Shown: positions 15,484 through 24,686 of the stretch, one piece after another | Position numbering within the stretch: position 1 is the first letter of the stretch | How the letters are laid out: the number at the start of each line of letters is the position of its first letter | Source of the DNA: Oscillospiraceae bacterium | GTDB lineage: Bacteria; Bacillota; Clostridia; Oscillospirales; CAG-272 | Direction: 5' to 3' | DNA: 64,000 nt | Assembly (NCBI GenBank): GCA_015063685.1 | Contig: SVTR01000006.1 | Span: forward strand, 7,852 to 71,851 | The notes under the pieces: model-generated | The model's input: the letters and a program-made list of their open reading frames with translations, nothing else | What the model was told of the DNA's origin: nothing | Databases searched by the model: none | Position numbers and translations under genes: made by a program

Positions 15484-17307
15484 ATGATTCGTGCACATGT
15501 ATTATGCTGCGGCGGTACAGGTTGTACCTCTTCCGGCAGCCAGAAGATCCAGGAAGCTTTTGTCCGCGAGATCGAAAAGCAGGGTCTCTCTGAGGAAGTT
15601 AAGGTCGTCCAGACCGGTTGCTTTGGTCTCTGCGCTTTGGGTCCTGTGGTCATCCTTTATCCCGATGGCACCTTCTACAGCCGTGTAGAAGAAAAGGACG
15701 TCGCCGAGATCGTGTCTGAGCATCTGCTCAAGGGTCGTCCCGTAGAACGTTTGGTTTACAACGACGTGGCCGAGGGTCACGAGGCTACCGAGTCTCACTC
15801 CTCTTTGAACGATACTACCTTCTACAAGTCCCAGTGCCGTCTGGCTCTCCGTAACTGCGGCGTTATCAACCCCGAGAACATCGAGGAGTACATCGCTATG
15901 GACGGTTATGCAGCCCTGGGTAAGGTGCTGACCGAGATGACCCCTGACGAGGTCATCCAGACCATCCTGGATTCCGGTCTCCGCGGTCGTGGCGGCGGCG
16001 GATTCCCCACCGGCCTGAAGTGGAAGTTCGCCAGCGGCAACAGAGGCAACGTCAAGAAGTACGTTGCTTGTAACGCCGACGAGGGTGACCCCGGTGCCTT
16101 CATGGACCGTTCCATTCTGGAGGGTGACCCCCACGCTCTCATCGAGGCTATGGCCATCGCCGCTTACGCTATCGGTGCTGACGAGGGTTACGTCTACGTT
16201 CGTGCAGAGTACCCCATCGCCGTCAACCGTCTCCAGATCGCCATCGACCAGGCCAAGGAATACGGCCTCTTGGGTAACGATATCTTCGGTACCGGCTTCA
16301 ACTTCGACCTGAGCATCCGTCTGGGCGCAGGCGCATTCGTTTGCGGTGAGGAGACCGCGCTCATGACCTCCATCGAGGGTAACCGCGGTGAGCCCCGTCC
16401 CCGTCCTCCTTTCCCCGCAGTCAAGGGTCTGTTCGGTCAGCCCACGGTTCTGAACAACGTGGAGACCTACGCCAACATTCCCCAGATCATCCTGAAGGGC
16501 GCCGACTGGTTCAACAAGATCGGTACCGAGAAGTCCAAGGGCACCAAGGTCTTCGCTCTGGGTGGTAAGATCCACAACACCGGTCTCGTTGAAGTGCCCA
16601 TGGGTACCACCCTGCGCCACATCATCGAGGAAATCGGCGGCGGCATCCCCAACGGCAAGAAGTTCAAGGCCGCTCAGACCGGTGGTCCTTCCGGCGGTTG
16701 TATCCCCGCTCATCTCATCGATACCCCCATCGACTATGACAACCTTATGGCTATCGGTTCTATGATGGGCTCCGGCGGTCTGATTGTTATGGACGAGGAT
16801 ACCTGTATGGTGGATATCGCCCGCTTCTTCCTGGACTTCACCGTGGACGAGTCCTGCGGTAAGTGCACTCCCTGCCGTGTCGGTACCAAGCGTCTGCTTG
16901 AGCTGCTGGATAAGATCATCGCCGGTAACGGTGAGATGGAAGACCTCGACCGCATGGAAGAGCTGTGTAATTACATCAAGTCCGCATCCCTCTGCGGCTT
17001 GGGTCAGACCGCTCCCAACCCCGTTCTCTCTACCCTGAAGTACTTCCGCGATGAGTATGTAGCTCACATCGTGGACAAGAAGTGTCCCGCAGGCGTGTGC
17101 AAGTCGCTCCTGCAGTTCAAGATCGACGCTGATAAGTGTATCGGTTGCGGCAAGTGCGCTAAGCAGTGTCCCGCCGATGCCATCACCCGTACCGATTACA
17201 TCGCTCCCGGTCATAAGCTGGCTTCCTTCACCATTGATACAAGCAAGTGCGTCAAGTGCGGTGCTTGTATGAGCGGTTGTAAGTTCGGCGCGATTTCCAA
17301 GTCTTGA
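15484..17307 (+). CDS. hydB: NuoF-like flavoprotein subunit of bifurcating [FeFe]-hydrogenase (HydB)
   Basis: N-terminal 2Fe-2S domain, GLRGRGGGGFPTG FMN/NAD motif, SCGKCTPCR N3 cluster motif, and two C-terminal CxxCxxCxxxCP ferredoxin motifs. Confidence 0.9.
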   Translation: MIRAHVLCCGGTGCTSSGSQKIQEAFVREIEKQGLSEEVKVVQTGCFGLCALGPVVILYPDGTFYSRVEEKDVAEIVSEHLLKGRPVERLVYNDVAEGHEATESHSSLNDTTFYKSQCRLALRNCGVINPENIEEYIAMDGYAALGKVLTEMTPDEVIQTILDSGLRGRGGGGFPTGLKWKFASGNRGNVKKYVACNADEGDPGAFMDRSILEGDPHALIEAMAIAAYAIGADEGYVYVRAEYPIAVNRLQIAIDQAKEYGLLGNDIFGTGFNFDLSIRLGAGAFVCGEETALMTSIEGNRGEPRPRPPFPAVKGLFGQPTVLNNVETYANIPQIILKGADWFNKIGTEKSKGTKVFALGGKIHNTGLVEVPMGTTLRHIIEEIGGGIPNGKKFKAAQTGGPSGGCIPAHLIDTPIDYDNLMAIGSMMGSGGLIVMDEDTCMVDIARFFLDFTVDESCGKCTPCRVGTKRLLELLDKIIAGNGEMEDLDRMEELCNYIKSASLCGLGQTAPNPVLSTLKYFRDEYVAHIVDKKCPAGVCKSLLQFKIDADKCIGCGKCAKQCPADAITRTDYIAPGHKLASFTIDTSKCVKCGACMSGCKFGAISKS

Positions 17308-17326
17308 GAAAGGAGAACTTTGAACC

Positions 17327-19072
17327 ATGGAAACTGTAAATATTAAAATCAATGGCAAGGACTACGAGGTTGCCAAGGGCTCTACCGTCCTTGAAGCCGC
17401 CCGTGCTGCCAAGATCGATATTCCCACTCTGTGCTACCTGAAGGACATCAACGAGATTGGCGCTTGCCGTCTCTGCCTCGTGGAGGTCTCCGAGGGTGGT
17501 AAGCCCTACCGTATGGTCACCGCCTGCGTCTACCCCGTATCCGAGGGTATGTCCGTTCTGACCAACACCCCCAAGATCATTGCTTCCCGTAAGATGAACC
17601 TGGAGCTGCTCCTGTCCAACCACGATATGAGATGCCTCCAGTGCGTCCGTTCCACCAACTGCGAGCTGCAGACCCTCTGCAACCAGTACGGCGTGAGCGT
17701 GTCCAAGTTCGGCGGCGCTCGCAATGAATATGAGATCGACGATAGCTCCTTCTCCATCATCCGCGACAACAATAAGTGCATTCTGTGCCGTCGTTGCGTG
17801 GCTATGTGTCAGAAGGTGCAGGGCGTCAGCGTCATCGGCGCCAACGACCGTGGCTTCGACACCCACATCGCCTCCCCCATGGAGTACCCTCTGGGCGGCA
17901 CCTCCTGCATTAACTGCGGTCAGTGTATCGTCGCTTGTCCCGTAGGCGCTCTGTACGAGAAGGACGATACCGATAAGGTATTCGCCGCGCTCGCAGATCC
18001 CTCCAAGCATGTCCTCATCTGCACCGCTCCCTCTGTCCGCGCTCAGATCGGTGAGTGCTTCGGCTATGAGCCCGGCACCGACTGTGAGGGTAAGATGGTC
18101 GCCGCCATCAAGCGTCTCGGCTTCGACGGCGTATACGACATGAACCTCACCGCAGACCTCACCATCGTTGAGGAAGCTCACGAGCTGATCAGTCGTATCC
18201 AGAACGGCGGCGCTCTGCCCATGATCACCTCCTGCTCTCCCGGTTGGATCAAGTACTGCGAGCACTATTTCCCCGAGATGACCGAGAATCTCTCCACCTG
18301 CAAGTCTCCTCAGCAGATGTTCGGCGCCGTGGTCAAGACCTACTACGCCGAGAAGATGGGCTGGGATCCCAAGGACATCTTCTTCGTATCCGCCATTCCT
18401 TGTACCGCAAAGAAGTTCGAGGTTGGTAGACCCGGTCAGTCCGCCGCAGGTGTGCCTGACGTAGACGTGGCCATCACCACCCGTGAGCTGGGCCGCATGA
18501 TCCAGAAGGCCGGCATCGACTTCAAGAACCTCGATGACGAAGCCTTCGATCAGCCCTTCGATATCGGTTCCTCCGCAGGCGCTATCTTCGGCGCTACCGG
18601 TGGCGTTATGGAAGCTGCTCTCCGTTATGCCGCAGAGCTCATCCTGGGCACCAAGCTGGAAGCTGTTGATTTCCCCGAGGTCCGTGGCGTCGAGGGCATC
18701 AAGGTTGCCTCCTACAAGCTGGGTGACATGACCGTCAACGTAGCCGTTGCCTCCGGCACCGGCAATGCTAAGACCCTGCTCAACAAGGTCAAGGCAGGCG
18801 AGCTTGACGTTCAGTTCATCGAGATCATGGCTTGCCCCGGCGGTTGCGTCAACGGCGGTGGTCAGCCCATCCAGCCTGCTTCCGTCCGCGCCGCTATTGA
18901 CCTGCGCGCCGTCCGTGCCGCCGTCCTCTACAACGACGACAAGGCTTGCGACCTCCGTAAGTCTCAGGACAACTCCGGTGTCAAGGTGCTGTACGACGAG
19001 TACTTTGGCGAGCCTAACAGCGAGAAGGCTCACCACATCCTGCATACCCACTATATCAAGAGAGGTCTGTAA
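17327..19072 (+). CDS. hydA: [FeFe]-hydrogenase catalytic subunit (HydA, multi-F-cluster type)
   Basis: N-terminal plant-type 2Fe-2S, two CxxCxxCxxxCP motifs, L2 IPCTAKKFE and L3 EIMACPGGCVNGGGQP. L1 reads TSCSPGW rather than TSCCPxW (see findings). Confidence 0.9.
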   Translation: METVNIKINGKDYEVAKGSTVLEAARAAKIDIPTLCYLKDINEIGACRLCLVEVSEGGKPYRMVTACVYPVSEGMSVLTNTPKIIASRKMNLELLLSNHDMRCLQCVRSTNCELQTLCNQYGVSVSKFGGARNEYEIDDSSFSIIRDNNKCILCRRCVAMCQKVQGVSVIGANDRGFDTHIASPMEYPLGGTSCINCGQCIVACPVGALYEKDDTDKVFAALADPSKHVLICTAPSVRAQIGECFGYEPGTDCEGKMVAAIKRLGFDGVYDMNLTADLTIVEEAHELISRIQNGGALPMITSCSPGWIKYCEHYFPEMTENLSTCKSPQQMFGAVVKTYYAEKMGWDPKDIFFVSAIPCTAKKFEVGRPGQSAAGVPDVDVAITTRELGRMIQKAGIDFKNLDDEAFDQPFDIGSSAGAIFGATGGVMEAALRYAAELILGTKLEAVDFPEVRGVEGIKVASYKLGDMTVNVAVASGTGNAKTLLNKVKAGELDVQFIEIMACPGGCVNGGGQPIQPASVRAAIDLRAVRAAVLYNDDKACDLRKSQDNSGVKVLYDEYFGEPNSEKAHHILHTHYIKRGL

Positions 19073-19078
19073 GATCAA

Positions 19079-19119
19079 TGGGTCGGATCACTTCGGTGAT
19101 CCGACCCGATTTTTTTGTT
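19079..19119 (+). terminator. rho-independent terminator of the hyd operon
   Basis: GGGTCGGATCAC-TTCG-GTGATCCGACCC followed by GATTTTTTTGTTT. Confidence 0.85.
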
Positions 19120-19206
19120 TGCAGGGGATATCCGTTTTTCTATTGACACCTCTATGTAAAAGTGCTATAATAAATCCAATGAACGACTGTGAAAAGGAGG
19201 TTGGAT

Positions 19207-19365
19207 ATGAAAAAATTCATGGTATTGCTGATGGCCTTGGTGCTGTCTCTCGGTATGCTCGTTTCCTGTGATGAGTCCGAATCGGCGACGGACGAGACGG
19301 TTTCGGAAACTGCCGCTCAACAACCCGCCGCAACTGCCGCCCCCGCCCAGACGGTGGCCGACTAA
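19207..19365 (+). CDS. small putative lipoprotein (52 aa)
   Basis: Below the track's size cutoff. AAAGGAGG RBS 6 nt upstream. MKKFMVLLMALVLSLGMLVSC has a signal peptide and lipobox, followed by an acidic/Ala-Pro tail. Confidence 0.5.
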   Translation: MKKFMVLLMALVLSLGMLVSCDESESATDETVSETAAQQPAATAAPAQTVAD

Positions 19366-19393
19366 AGAAATGTTTTATTTGAGGAGAGAAAAC

Positions 19394-21151
19394 ATGAAAA
19401 AATTATTGGTATTACTTCTTGCCCTTGCCATGGTGTTATCTGCCCTTGTATCCTGTGATCTGCTGGAGGGCAATTTGCGTTCCGACGAAGATGAGGAAGA
19501 AGAGGAGGAGAGAACCACTAAGCGTCCTTCCAAGGAAACCGCAACACCCGTTACCGAAGGCCTATCAGAAGCCTTGACGGAAATTCTTAGGGATACTGCC
19601 GAGGAAACGAAAACGTTTGATGATGCGGTAGCAGAAACTATTTTCTTTGAAACGCTGGCACCCGAAACCATGGCACCCGAAACTATAGCACCTGAAACGA
19701 TGCCACCTGAAACGATGCCACCTGAAACGATGCCACCTGAAACCGAGCCTGCAACCGAAGCGATCACAGAGAACCTTTGGGGCGATCCCGGCTTCTCAAA
19801 TGTGCGTTTTGACGGCTTTGAACTGGTATTTTTGACCCGCGATGAAGGCGAATGGAGTACCCGCGAGATCTTTGCGGAAGGTTATCAAGCGCATCAGGAT
19901 ACACTTTCCGAGGCGGTTTACACCAGAAACAGCCATATTTACGATGAGCACGGTGTGATCGTCAAGGAATATAGGGTAAGTACCGGCGAGATCTATACAA
20001 AGGTGCGGAACGAGGCTTATGCGCCTACAGGTGATTTCCACGCAGTCATATCTAATGTAACCGATGCTCTCAATTTTACTAATAATACACTCATTTGTAA
20101 TTTGTCCTCCGAGGAAGCTTCTGCTATTAACTTTACAAACAGCTGGTGGGATCAGGATTTCGTGGAGTCCATGACTATTGCCGATCGTGTGTTCTTTGCC
20201 AACGGCGATCTGCTTACCTGCGATGATGACGCTACATTTGCCCTCATGTTCAACAAGGATCTTGCTACTGAAAGAAAATTGCCTGATCTTTACAAGGTGG
20301 TTACTTCTTATCAATGGACCCATGCAAAATTCTATGAATACCAGCAGCAGGCCTTCTGTGATTTGAACAGTGACGGTGTGTTGAGCTACGATCAGGATAT
20401 TTTGAGTTACGTAGATAGCCTTGACGGACAATATAGTTTGTTTATTGGCGCCGGTCTTAGGTTGGTTTCCAAAAATCCCGAAAACGGAGAGCTTGAGTGG
20501 AGCTTTAATGTAGAGAGAGCAACAGACGTTACTGACAGTGCCCGTGCTATTTTAGGCCATAAATCTTTTGTCAGCATAAATGATCTGGCAACGGCTAACG
20601 AACTTTCTCTCACTGAGGTTGGTGAACGCTACTTCGGTGGCAATCATGCGGTTTTCTTTGGTGACGTACTGCATTCCGTCCGCAGAATGCGCGGCTTTGA
20701 TATTGATTTTGGTATTCTCCCTTATCCCATGTATGATCAGCAACAAGGCGGCTATAAATCCTTCATGCACAGCGCTGGAAGTGTTCTTTCCCTTCCTCAA
20801 AGCGCCAAGCGGAATATGGAAACGGTTTCTACCATGATCGAAATTATGGCTTGCTATTCCCAGAACACCGTAACCAAAGCCTATTATGATGAATTGTTGA
20901 CCACGAAAAATGGTAGAGACGAGGCATCCGAGCCTATGATCGATCTGATCTTGAACACCCGTGAATATGACCCTGCTTACTACTTTGGCTGGGGAAGTGC
21001 TTATCCAAGTTTGATAGGGGCATTTGATCCCTCCAGTAACACACATATGTCTTCAGCTAGTAAAAAGCTGAGCATGTCAGTTAGCAGGCATATGGATCGC
21101 ACAATCGAGAAGATCGATAGAATTTATTCTGAATTAGAATACGGTTATTAA
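19394..21151 (+). CDS. lipoprotein, probably an extracellular solute-binding protein
   Basis: Internal ATG at 19394 with a GAGGAGAG RBS. MKKLLVLLLALAMVLSALVSC lipobox, an acidic linker with PETM repeats, and a large C-terminal domain resembling ABC substrate-binding lipoproteins (assigned by eye only). Confidence 0.6.
   Translation: MKKLLVLLLALAMVLSALVSCDLLEGNLRSDEDEEEEEERTTKRPSKETATPVTEGLSEALTEILRDTAEETKTFDDAVAETIFFETLAPETMAPETIAPETMPPETMPPETMPPETEPATEAITENLWGDPGFSNVRFDGFELVFLTRDEGEWSTREIFAEGYQAHQDTLSEAVYTRNSHIYDEHGVIVKEYRVSTGEIYTKVRNEAYAPTGDFHAVISNVTDALNFTNNTLICNLSSEEASAINFTNSWWDQDFVESMTIADRVFFANGDLLTCDDDATFALMFNKDLATERKLPDLYKVVTSYQWTHAKFYEYQQQAFCDLNSDGVLSYDQDILSYVDSLDGQYSLFIGAGLRLVSKNPENGELEWSFNVERATDVTDSARAILGHKSFVSINDLATANELSLTEVGERYFGGNHAVFFGDVLHSVRRMRGFDIDFGILPYPMYDQQQGGYKSFMHSAGSVLSLPQSAKRNMETVSTMIEIMACYSQNTVTKAYYDELLTTKNGRDEASEPMIDLILNTREYDPAYYFGWGSAYPSLIGAFDPSSNTHMSSASKKLSMSVSRHMDRTIEKIDRIYSELEYGY
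19658..19747 (+). repeat. six tandem 15-bp repeats encoding (A/P)PET(M/I) pentapeptides
   Basis: GCACCCGAAACCATG / GCACCCGAAACTATA / GCACCTGAAACGATG / CCACCTGAAACGATG x2 / CCACCTGAAACCGAG. Confidence 0.9.
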
Positions 21152-21157
21152 TTAAAC

Positions 21158-21193
21158 GGGTCGGCTGACGAAAGTGAGCTGACCCATTTTTTG
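21158..21193 (+). terminator. rho-independent terminator
   Basis: GGGTCGGCT...AGCTGACCC followed by ATTTTTTG. Confidence 0.7.
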
Positions 21194-21328
21194 TCTGCCA
21201 AAAATATTTCCGAAAATTTTCTCCTGCTGCATAACTGTACCGCAATCGGTAAAAAATATGGTCGTACCTACGAGGCAGTCCTCCCATGGGGGCATACCTC
21301 GATGTAACGAAAGCAAAGGAGAAAAGAT

Positions 21329-22135
21329 ATGTCCAATTACAACGAAACCGAAGAGAGCTTCGGCGCAAAGCTCAAAAGAATCTGTTCCAACCGCGCCGTA
21401 GTAGTCACCTTCCTCACCATGCTGGTGGCTGTGGCCATCGTGATTGCCGTGACCGTTTCTGCAAACAGAAGCAAAAAGCCCAATCCCGATCCTGCTGATA
21501 CCTCCATTGGCGGCATTGGCACGAGTGCTGTCACGGGTGCTGTGACGGAGGCCGCCACTAAGCCTTCTACCCCCTCCAATGGCGTAGGAGAGGAAACGCT
21601 CCCCGTTTATCACGGCCAGGAGACCAAGCCTGTGATCAACGATGAGCCCGACGAGCCTTTGTTTGAGCTGCCTGTCAGCGGTAAGCTCTACAAGGACCAC
21701 GACGCCACTATCCAGGTCTATTCCGCTACCATGGGTGATTACCGCGTCCACCTGGGCGTTGATATTGCCACCGAAGCATCTGCCCCCGTATATGCCGCCG
21801 CAGACGGCACCGTGGCAAAGATCTGGGAGGATACCCTCATGGGCACTTGCGTGGCCATCTCTCACGCGGATGATGTTCTGACGGTTTATAAGAACCTGGC
21901 CACCGACCTGACCGCCGGTATCAAGGAGGGAACTGCGGTCACCCGCGGCACCCAGATCGGTGTGGTGGGCGATACAGCGATTCTTGAAATGGCAGATGAG
22001 CCCCACCTTCATTTCGAAATGACCGCCAAGGGTCTGTCCGTAGACCCCCTGGAGTATTTCGATAAAGCCGCAGTCGATGCCCTGGCAAAGGATACTGCCT
22101 TTGAACAGAGCGCGGTTACCGCGGCAGATAACTGA
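21329..22135 (+). CDS. M23/LytM-family peptidase with N-terminal membrane anchor (possibly SpoIIQ-like)
   Basis: One TM helix (VVVTFLTMLVAVAIVIAVTV). The LytM motifs HLGVD and HLHFE are intact. Lies directly upstream of spoIVA. Confidence 0.75.
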   Translation: MSNYNETEESFGAKLKRICSNRAVVVTFLTMLVAVAIVIAVTVSANRSKKPNPDPADTSIGGIGTSAVTGAVTEAATKPSTPSNGVGEETLPVYHGQETKPVINDEPDEPLFELPVSGKLYKDHDATIQVYSATMGDYRVHLGVDIATEASAPVYAAADGTVAKIWEDTLMGTCVAISHADDVLTVYKNLATDLTAGIKEGTAVTRGTQIGVVGDTAILEMADEPHLHFEMTAKGLSVDPLEYFDKAAVDALAKDTAFEQSAVTAADN

Positions 22136-22142
22136 TCATGAT

Positions 22143-22183
22143 AAAAGGCTGTTACCCAAAAGGTAGCAGCCTTTTGTTCTATT
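22143..22183 (+). terminator. rho-independent terminator
   Basis: AAAAGGCTGTTACC / GGTAGCAGCCTTTT followed by a T-rich tail. Confidence 0.7.
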
Positions 22184-22241
22184 CGGACATCGTAGGTCAT
22201 ATATTCTACCAAAAACATCAACCCAACACGGAGGTATGTAT

Positions 22242-23720
22242 ATGGCAGAACATTCCATTTATCAGGATATTGCGGAACGCACGGGTGGGGACATCTATAT
22301 CGGTGTCGTAGGGCCTGTCCGATCGGGTAAATCCACCTTTATCAAACGCTTCATGGAGTCTCTTGTGCTCCCCAATATGGACGACGGTTATGCCCGCGAG
22401 CGAGCCAGAGATGAGATGCCCCAATCAGCAGCAGGGAAGACGGTTATGACCACCGAGCCCAAGTTTATTCCCGATGAGGCCGTTACGGTGCACCTGGACG
22501 AGTCTGCCACCATGCGGGTAAAAATGATCGATTGCGTAGGCTATATCGTCCCCGAAGCTCTCGGAACCATCGAAAACGGCCAGGCTCGTATGGTCAGAAC
22601 CCCCTGGAGCGAGGATCCTATGCCCTTTACAGAGGCGGCTGAAATGGGAACGCATAAGGTTATCACCGAGCACGCGACCATCGGTATGCTCATCACAACC
22701 GACGGCTCCATTGGGGAGATCAGCAGAGAAAGCTACGTTGAGGCGGAGGAGCGTGTGGTGAGGGAGCTCAAGGCCATGGGGAAACCTTTTGCCGTGATCC
22801 TTAATTCGGCCCGACCCTCCTCTGATGCCGCCGTTGCTTTGGCCTATGAGTTGGAGGAAAAATACGGTGTTCCCGTGGCCTTGGTCTCTTGTATTGACCT
22901 GGATGCAGAGGATATACGTCATATTCTGGAGCTGGTTCTCCATGAATTTCCCGTAACAGAGGTTCGGATGCGCCTGCCCGAGTGGACAACGGCCCTCAGT
23001 CCCACCCACAAGATCCATACGTCATTGATCTCCGGTATTCGCCGCTGTGCCGACGGCGTAAAAAGGATCGGGGATATTCGAGGTGCCTTTGACAGTCTTT
23101 CGGATAATGAATACCTCAAAGCCGTCACGGTGGACGAGGTGGATCTTGGTCGCGGCGCCGCTACGGTGACTCTCCATATGATCGACGGTCTTTACCATCA
23201 GGTTCTCAGTGAATTGACGGGATTTGAAATTGACGGCGAGGAGTCTCTCATCCGCCTGCTATGTCATCTGGCGGAAATGAAATCCGTGTACGATAAGGTG
23301 GCAGATGCTTTGGAAGACTGCAACGAAAAGGGATATGGCATCGTTATGCCGGACGTTTCGGACATGAGTCTGGATGAGCCTGAGATTGTTCGTCAATCGG
23401 GAGGCTATGGCGTCAAGCTCCGCGCGTCAGCATCGTCTGTGCATATGATTCGTGCCAATATTGAAGCAGAGATCAACCCCATCGTGGGATCCGAGCAGCA
23501 ATCCGAGGATCTGGTAAAATATATGCTCCGCGAATTTGAGGAGGATCCTCACCGCATCTGGGATTCCAATATGTTTGGAAAGAGTCTTTACGAGCTGGTC
23601 AACGAAGGGATCCATTCCAAACTGGAGCATATGCCTGAGGCATCCAGAACCAAGCTTTCCGAAACACTTGAGAGGATCATCAACGAGGGAAGCGGTGGAC
23701 TGATTTGCATCTTGTTGTAA
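22242..23720 (+). CDS. spoIVA: stage IV sporulation protein A
   Basis: IYQDIAERTGGDIYIGVVGPVRSGKSTFIKRFME is the characteristic SpoIVA N-terminus with its Walker A. About 492 aa. I chose the second ATG (22242) for RBS spacing. Confidence 0.95.
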   Translation: MAEHSIYQDIAERTGGDIYIGVVGPVRSGKSTFIKRFMESLVLPNMDDGYARERARDEMPQSAAGKTVMTTEPKFIPDEAVTVHLDESATMRVKMIDCVGYIVPEALGTIENGQARMVRTPWSEDPMPFTEAAEMGTHKVITEHATIGMLITTDGSIGEISRESYVEAEERVVRELKAMGKPFAVILNSARPSSDAAVALAYELEEKYGVPVALVSCIDLDAEDIRHILELVLHEFPVTEVRMRLPEWTTALSPTHKIHTSLISGIRRCADGVKRIGDIRGAFDSLSDNEYLKAVTVDEVDLGRGAATVTLHMIDGLYHQVLSELTGFEIDGEESLIRLLCHLAEMKSVYDKVADALEDCNEKGYGIVMPDVSDMSLDEPEIVRQSGGYGVKLRASASSVHMIRANIEAEINPIVGSEQQSEDLVKYMLREFEEDPHRIWDSNMFGKSLYELVNEGIHSKLEHMPEASRTKLSETLERIINEGSGGLICILL

Positions 23721-23796
23721 TGCTTTGTTTCGAAATTTGTATCCCCGAAAAGTCGTCCAAGGAACGAAGATATCCGAAGAAAATTTTTGAAAACTC

Positions 23797-23825
23797 TTGC
23801 AAAAAGGGAAAAGATATGATATAAT
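23797..23825 (+). promoter_or_regulatory. sigma-70-type promoter
   Basis: TTGCAA, 17 nt, TATAAT. Confidence 0.55.
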
Positions 23826-23883
23826 ATAGCATAGTATCATGCGCCCATATTTGAATGCCGCGTGCATGGAAGGGAGTTTCTAT

Positions 23884-24567
23884 ATGAATTTTAATGTAAA
23901 GGTAAACAGCAAAAAAACGCTTTTGATTCTTTTGATCATGGCAGGCGTCGCTATCCTTGGCGGTATTTTGCTTTTCCCTCTTGTGGTAGCGCAGGCTGAG
24001 GCTGCGTTTGTGGCGACTGTATCCACCATTCTTGCCATTGAGCTGATCCTTTTGGGTGTTGCAGTTCTTGTATTTACCGTGCTTTCCCTTGACGGTGACG
24101 CGAATTTCTTCCTGTATGACCGTAAGACCCAGCGTAACGTGTCCGAAGAGGACCTGACCTTTGACCGCATCAATAGCCGCATGGGCTATTATATGACCAT
24201 GATCTCCTCCTCCCAGGAACAGCTTTGGACAAAAAACGTGCTGGCAGGAGAAAATGTTCGTTTCGGTCAGAATGCCGTATATAAGCCTCTGGTGGCATAC
24301 AAAATGCTGTACGATCTCATCGAGTTGGACCGTCCCGAAACTTGGGAGCTCTTCACGGGGGCCGATGCAGCTGTGATCTCCACCCTGTGCCGTGTCCTTT
24401 CTTCCTGTGGGGAGAAGGATATGTCCAACACCTTGATGGATGCGTATGAAGGCGCTGAGAGCATTGACGATATTGAGTGGGTCAGAGATTTCGTGATGGG
24501 GAATGCCAAATATATTCGCCGTCGCATGAGAGATTACGTACTGAAAAATATCGAGGAATTCTATTGA
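23884..24567 (+). CDS. hypothetical membrane protein (2 predicted TM helices)
   Basis: Internal ATG at 23884 after GAAGGGAG. Two N-terminal hydrophobic helices, then a soluble domain with no motif I recognise. Confidence 0.55.
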   Translation: MNFNVKVNSKKTLLILLIMAGVAILGGILLFPLVVAQAEAAFVATVSTILAIELILLGVAVLVFTVLSLDGDANFFLYDRKTQRNVSEEDLTFDRINSRMGYYMTMISSSQEQLWTKNVLAGENVRFGQNAVYKPLVAYKMLYDLIELDRPETWELFTGADAAVISTLCRVLSSCGEKDMSNTLMDAYEGAESIDDIEWVRDFVMGNAKYIRRRMRDYVLKNIEEFY

Positions 24568-24583
24568 TCCCTTAGATGAAGCA

Positions 24584-24630
24584 GAAAGCCCGCCATCCAG
24601 CTCTTTTGGAGCAACGGCGGGCTTTTCTCA
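24584..24630 (+). terminator. rho-independent terminator
   Basis: GAAAGCCCGCC ... GGCGGGCTTTT followed by CTC. Confidence 0.7.
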
Positions 24631-24686
24631 TGAAGGATGATCCCAAAAGGATGTTTCTGCTTATTTGGGCGAAAGGAGTCGGACAT

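Noticed and set aside
15502-19078. Very long antisense ORFs opposite hydB and hydA (15502-17358 minus, 618 aa; 17252-19078 minus, 608 aa). Similar ones lie opposite leuA/leuB/ilvC/ilvD/der/glycosidase genes (e.g. 58646-59998, 61166-62896, 55159-56427, 56953-58014, 28302-29165, 33096-34211, 34275-35708).
   Set aside because: Each lies opposite a gene with unambiguous family motifs. Their translations are low-complexity (Gly/Ala/Val/Asp/His-rich) with no RBS. They are typical shadow ORFs of GC-rich coding DNA.
22184-22241. Possible sigma-E-type sporulation promoter upstream of spoIVA (GTCATATATTC ... CATCAACC).
   Set aside because: The match to my recollection of the sigma-E consensus and spacing is too loose to call by eye.
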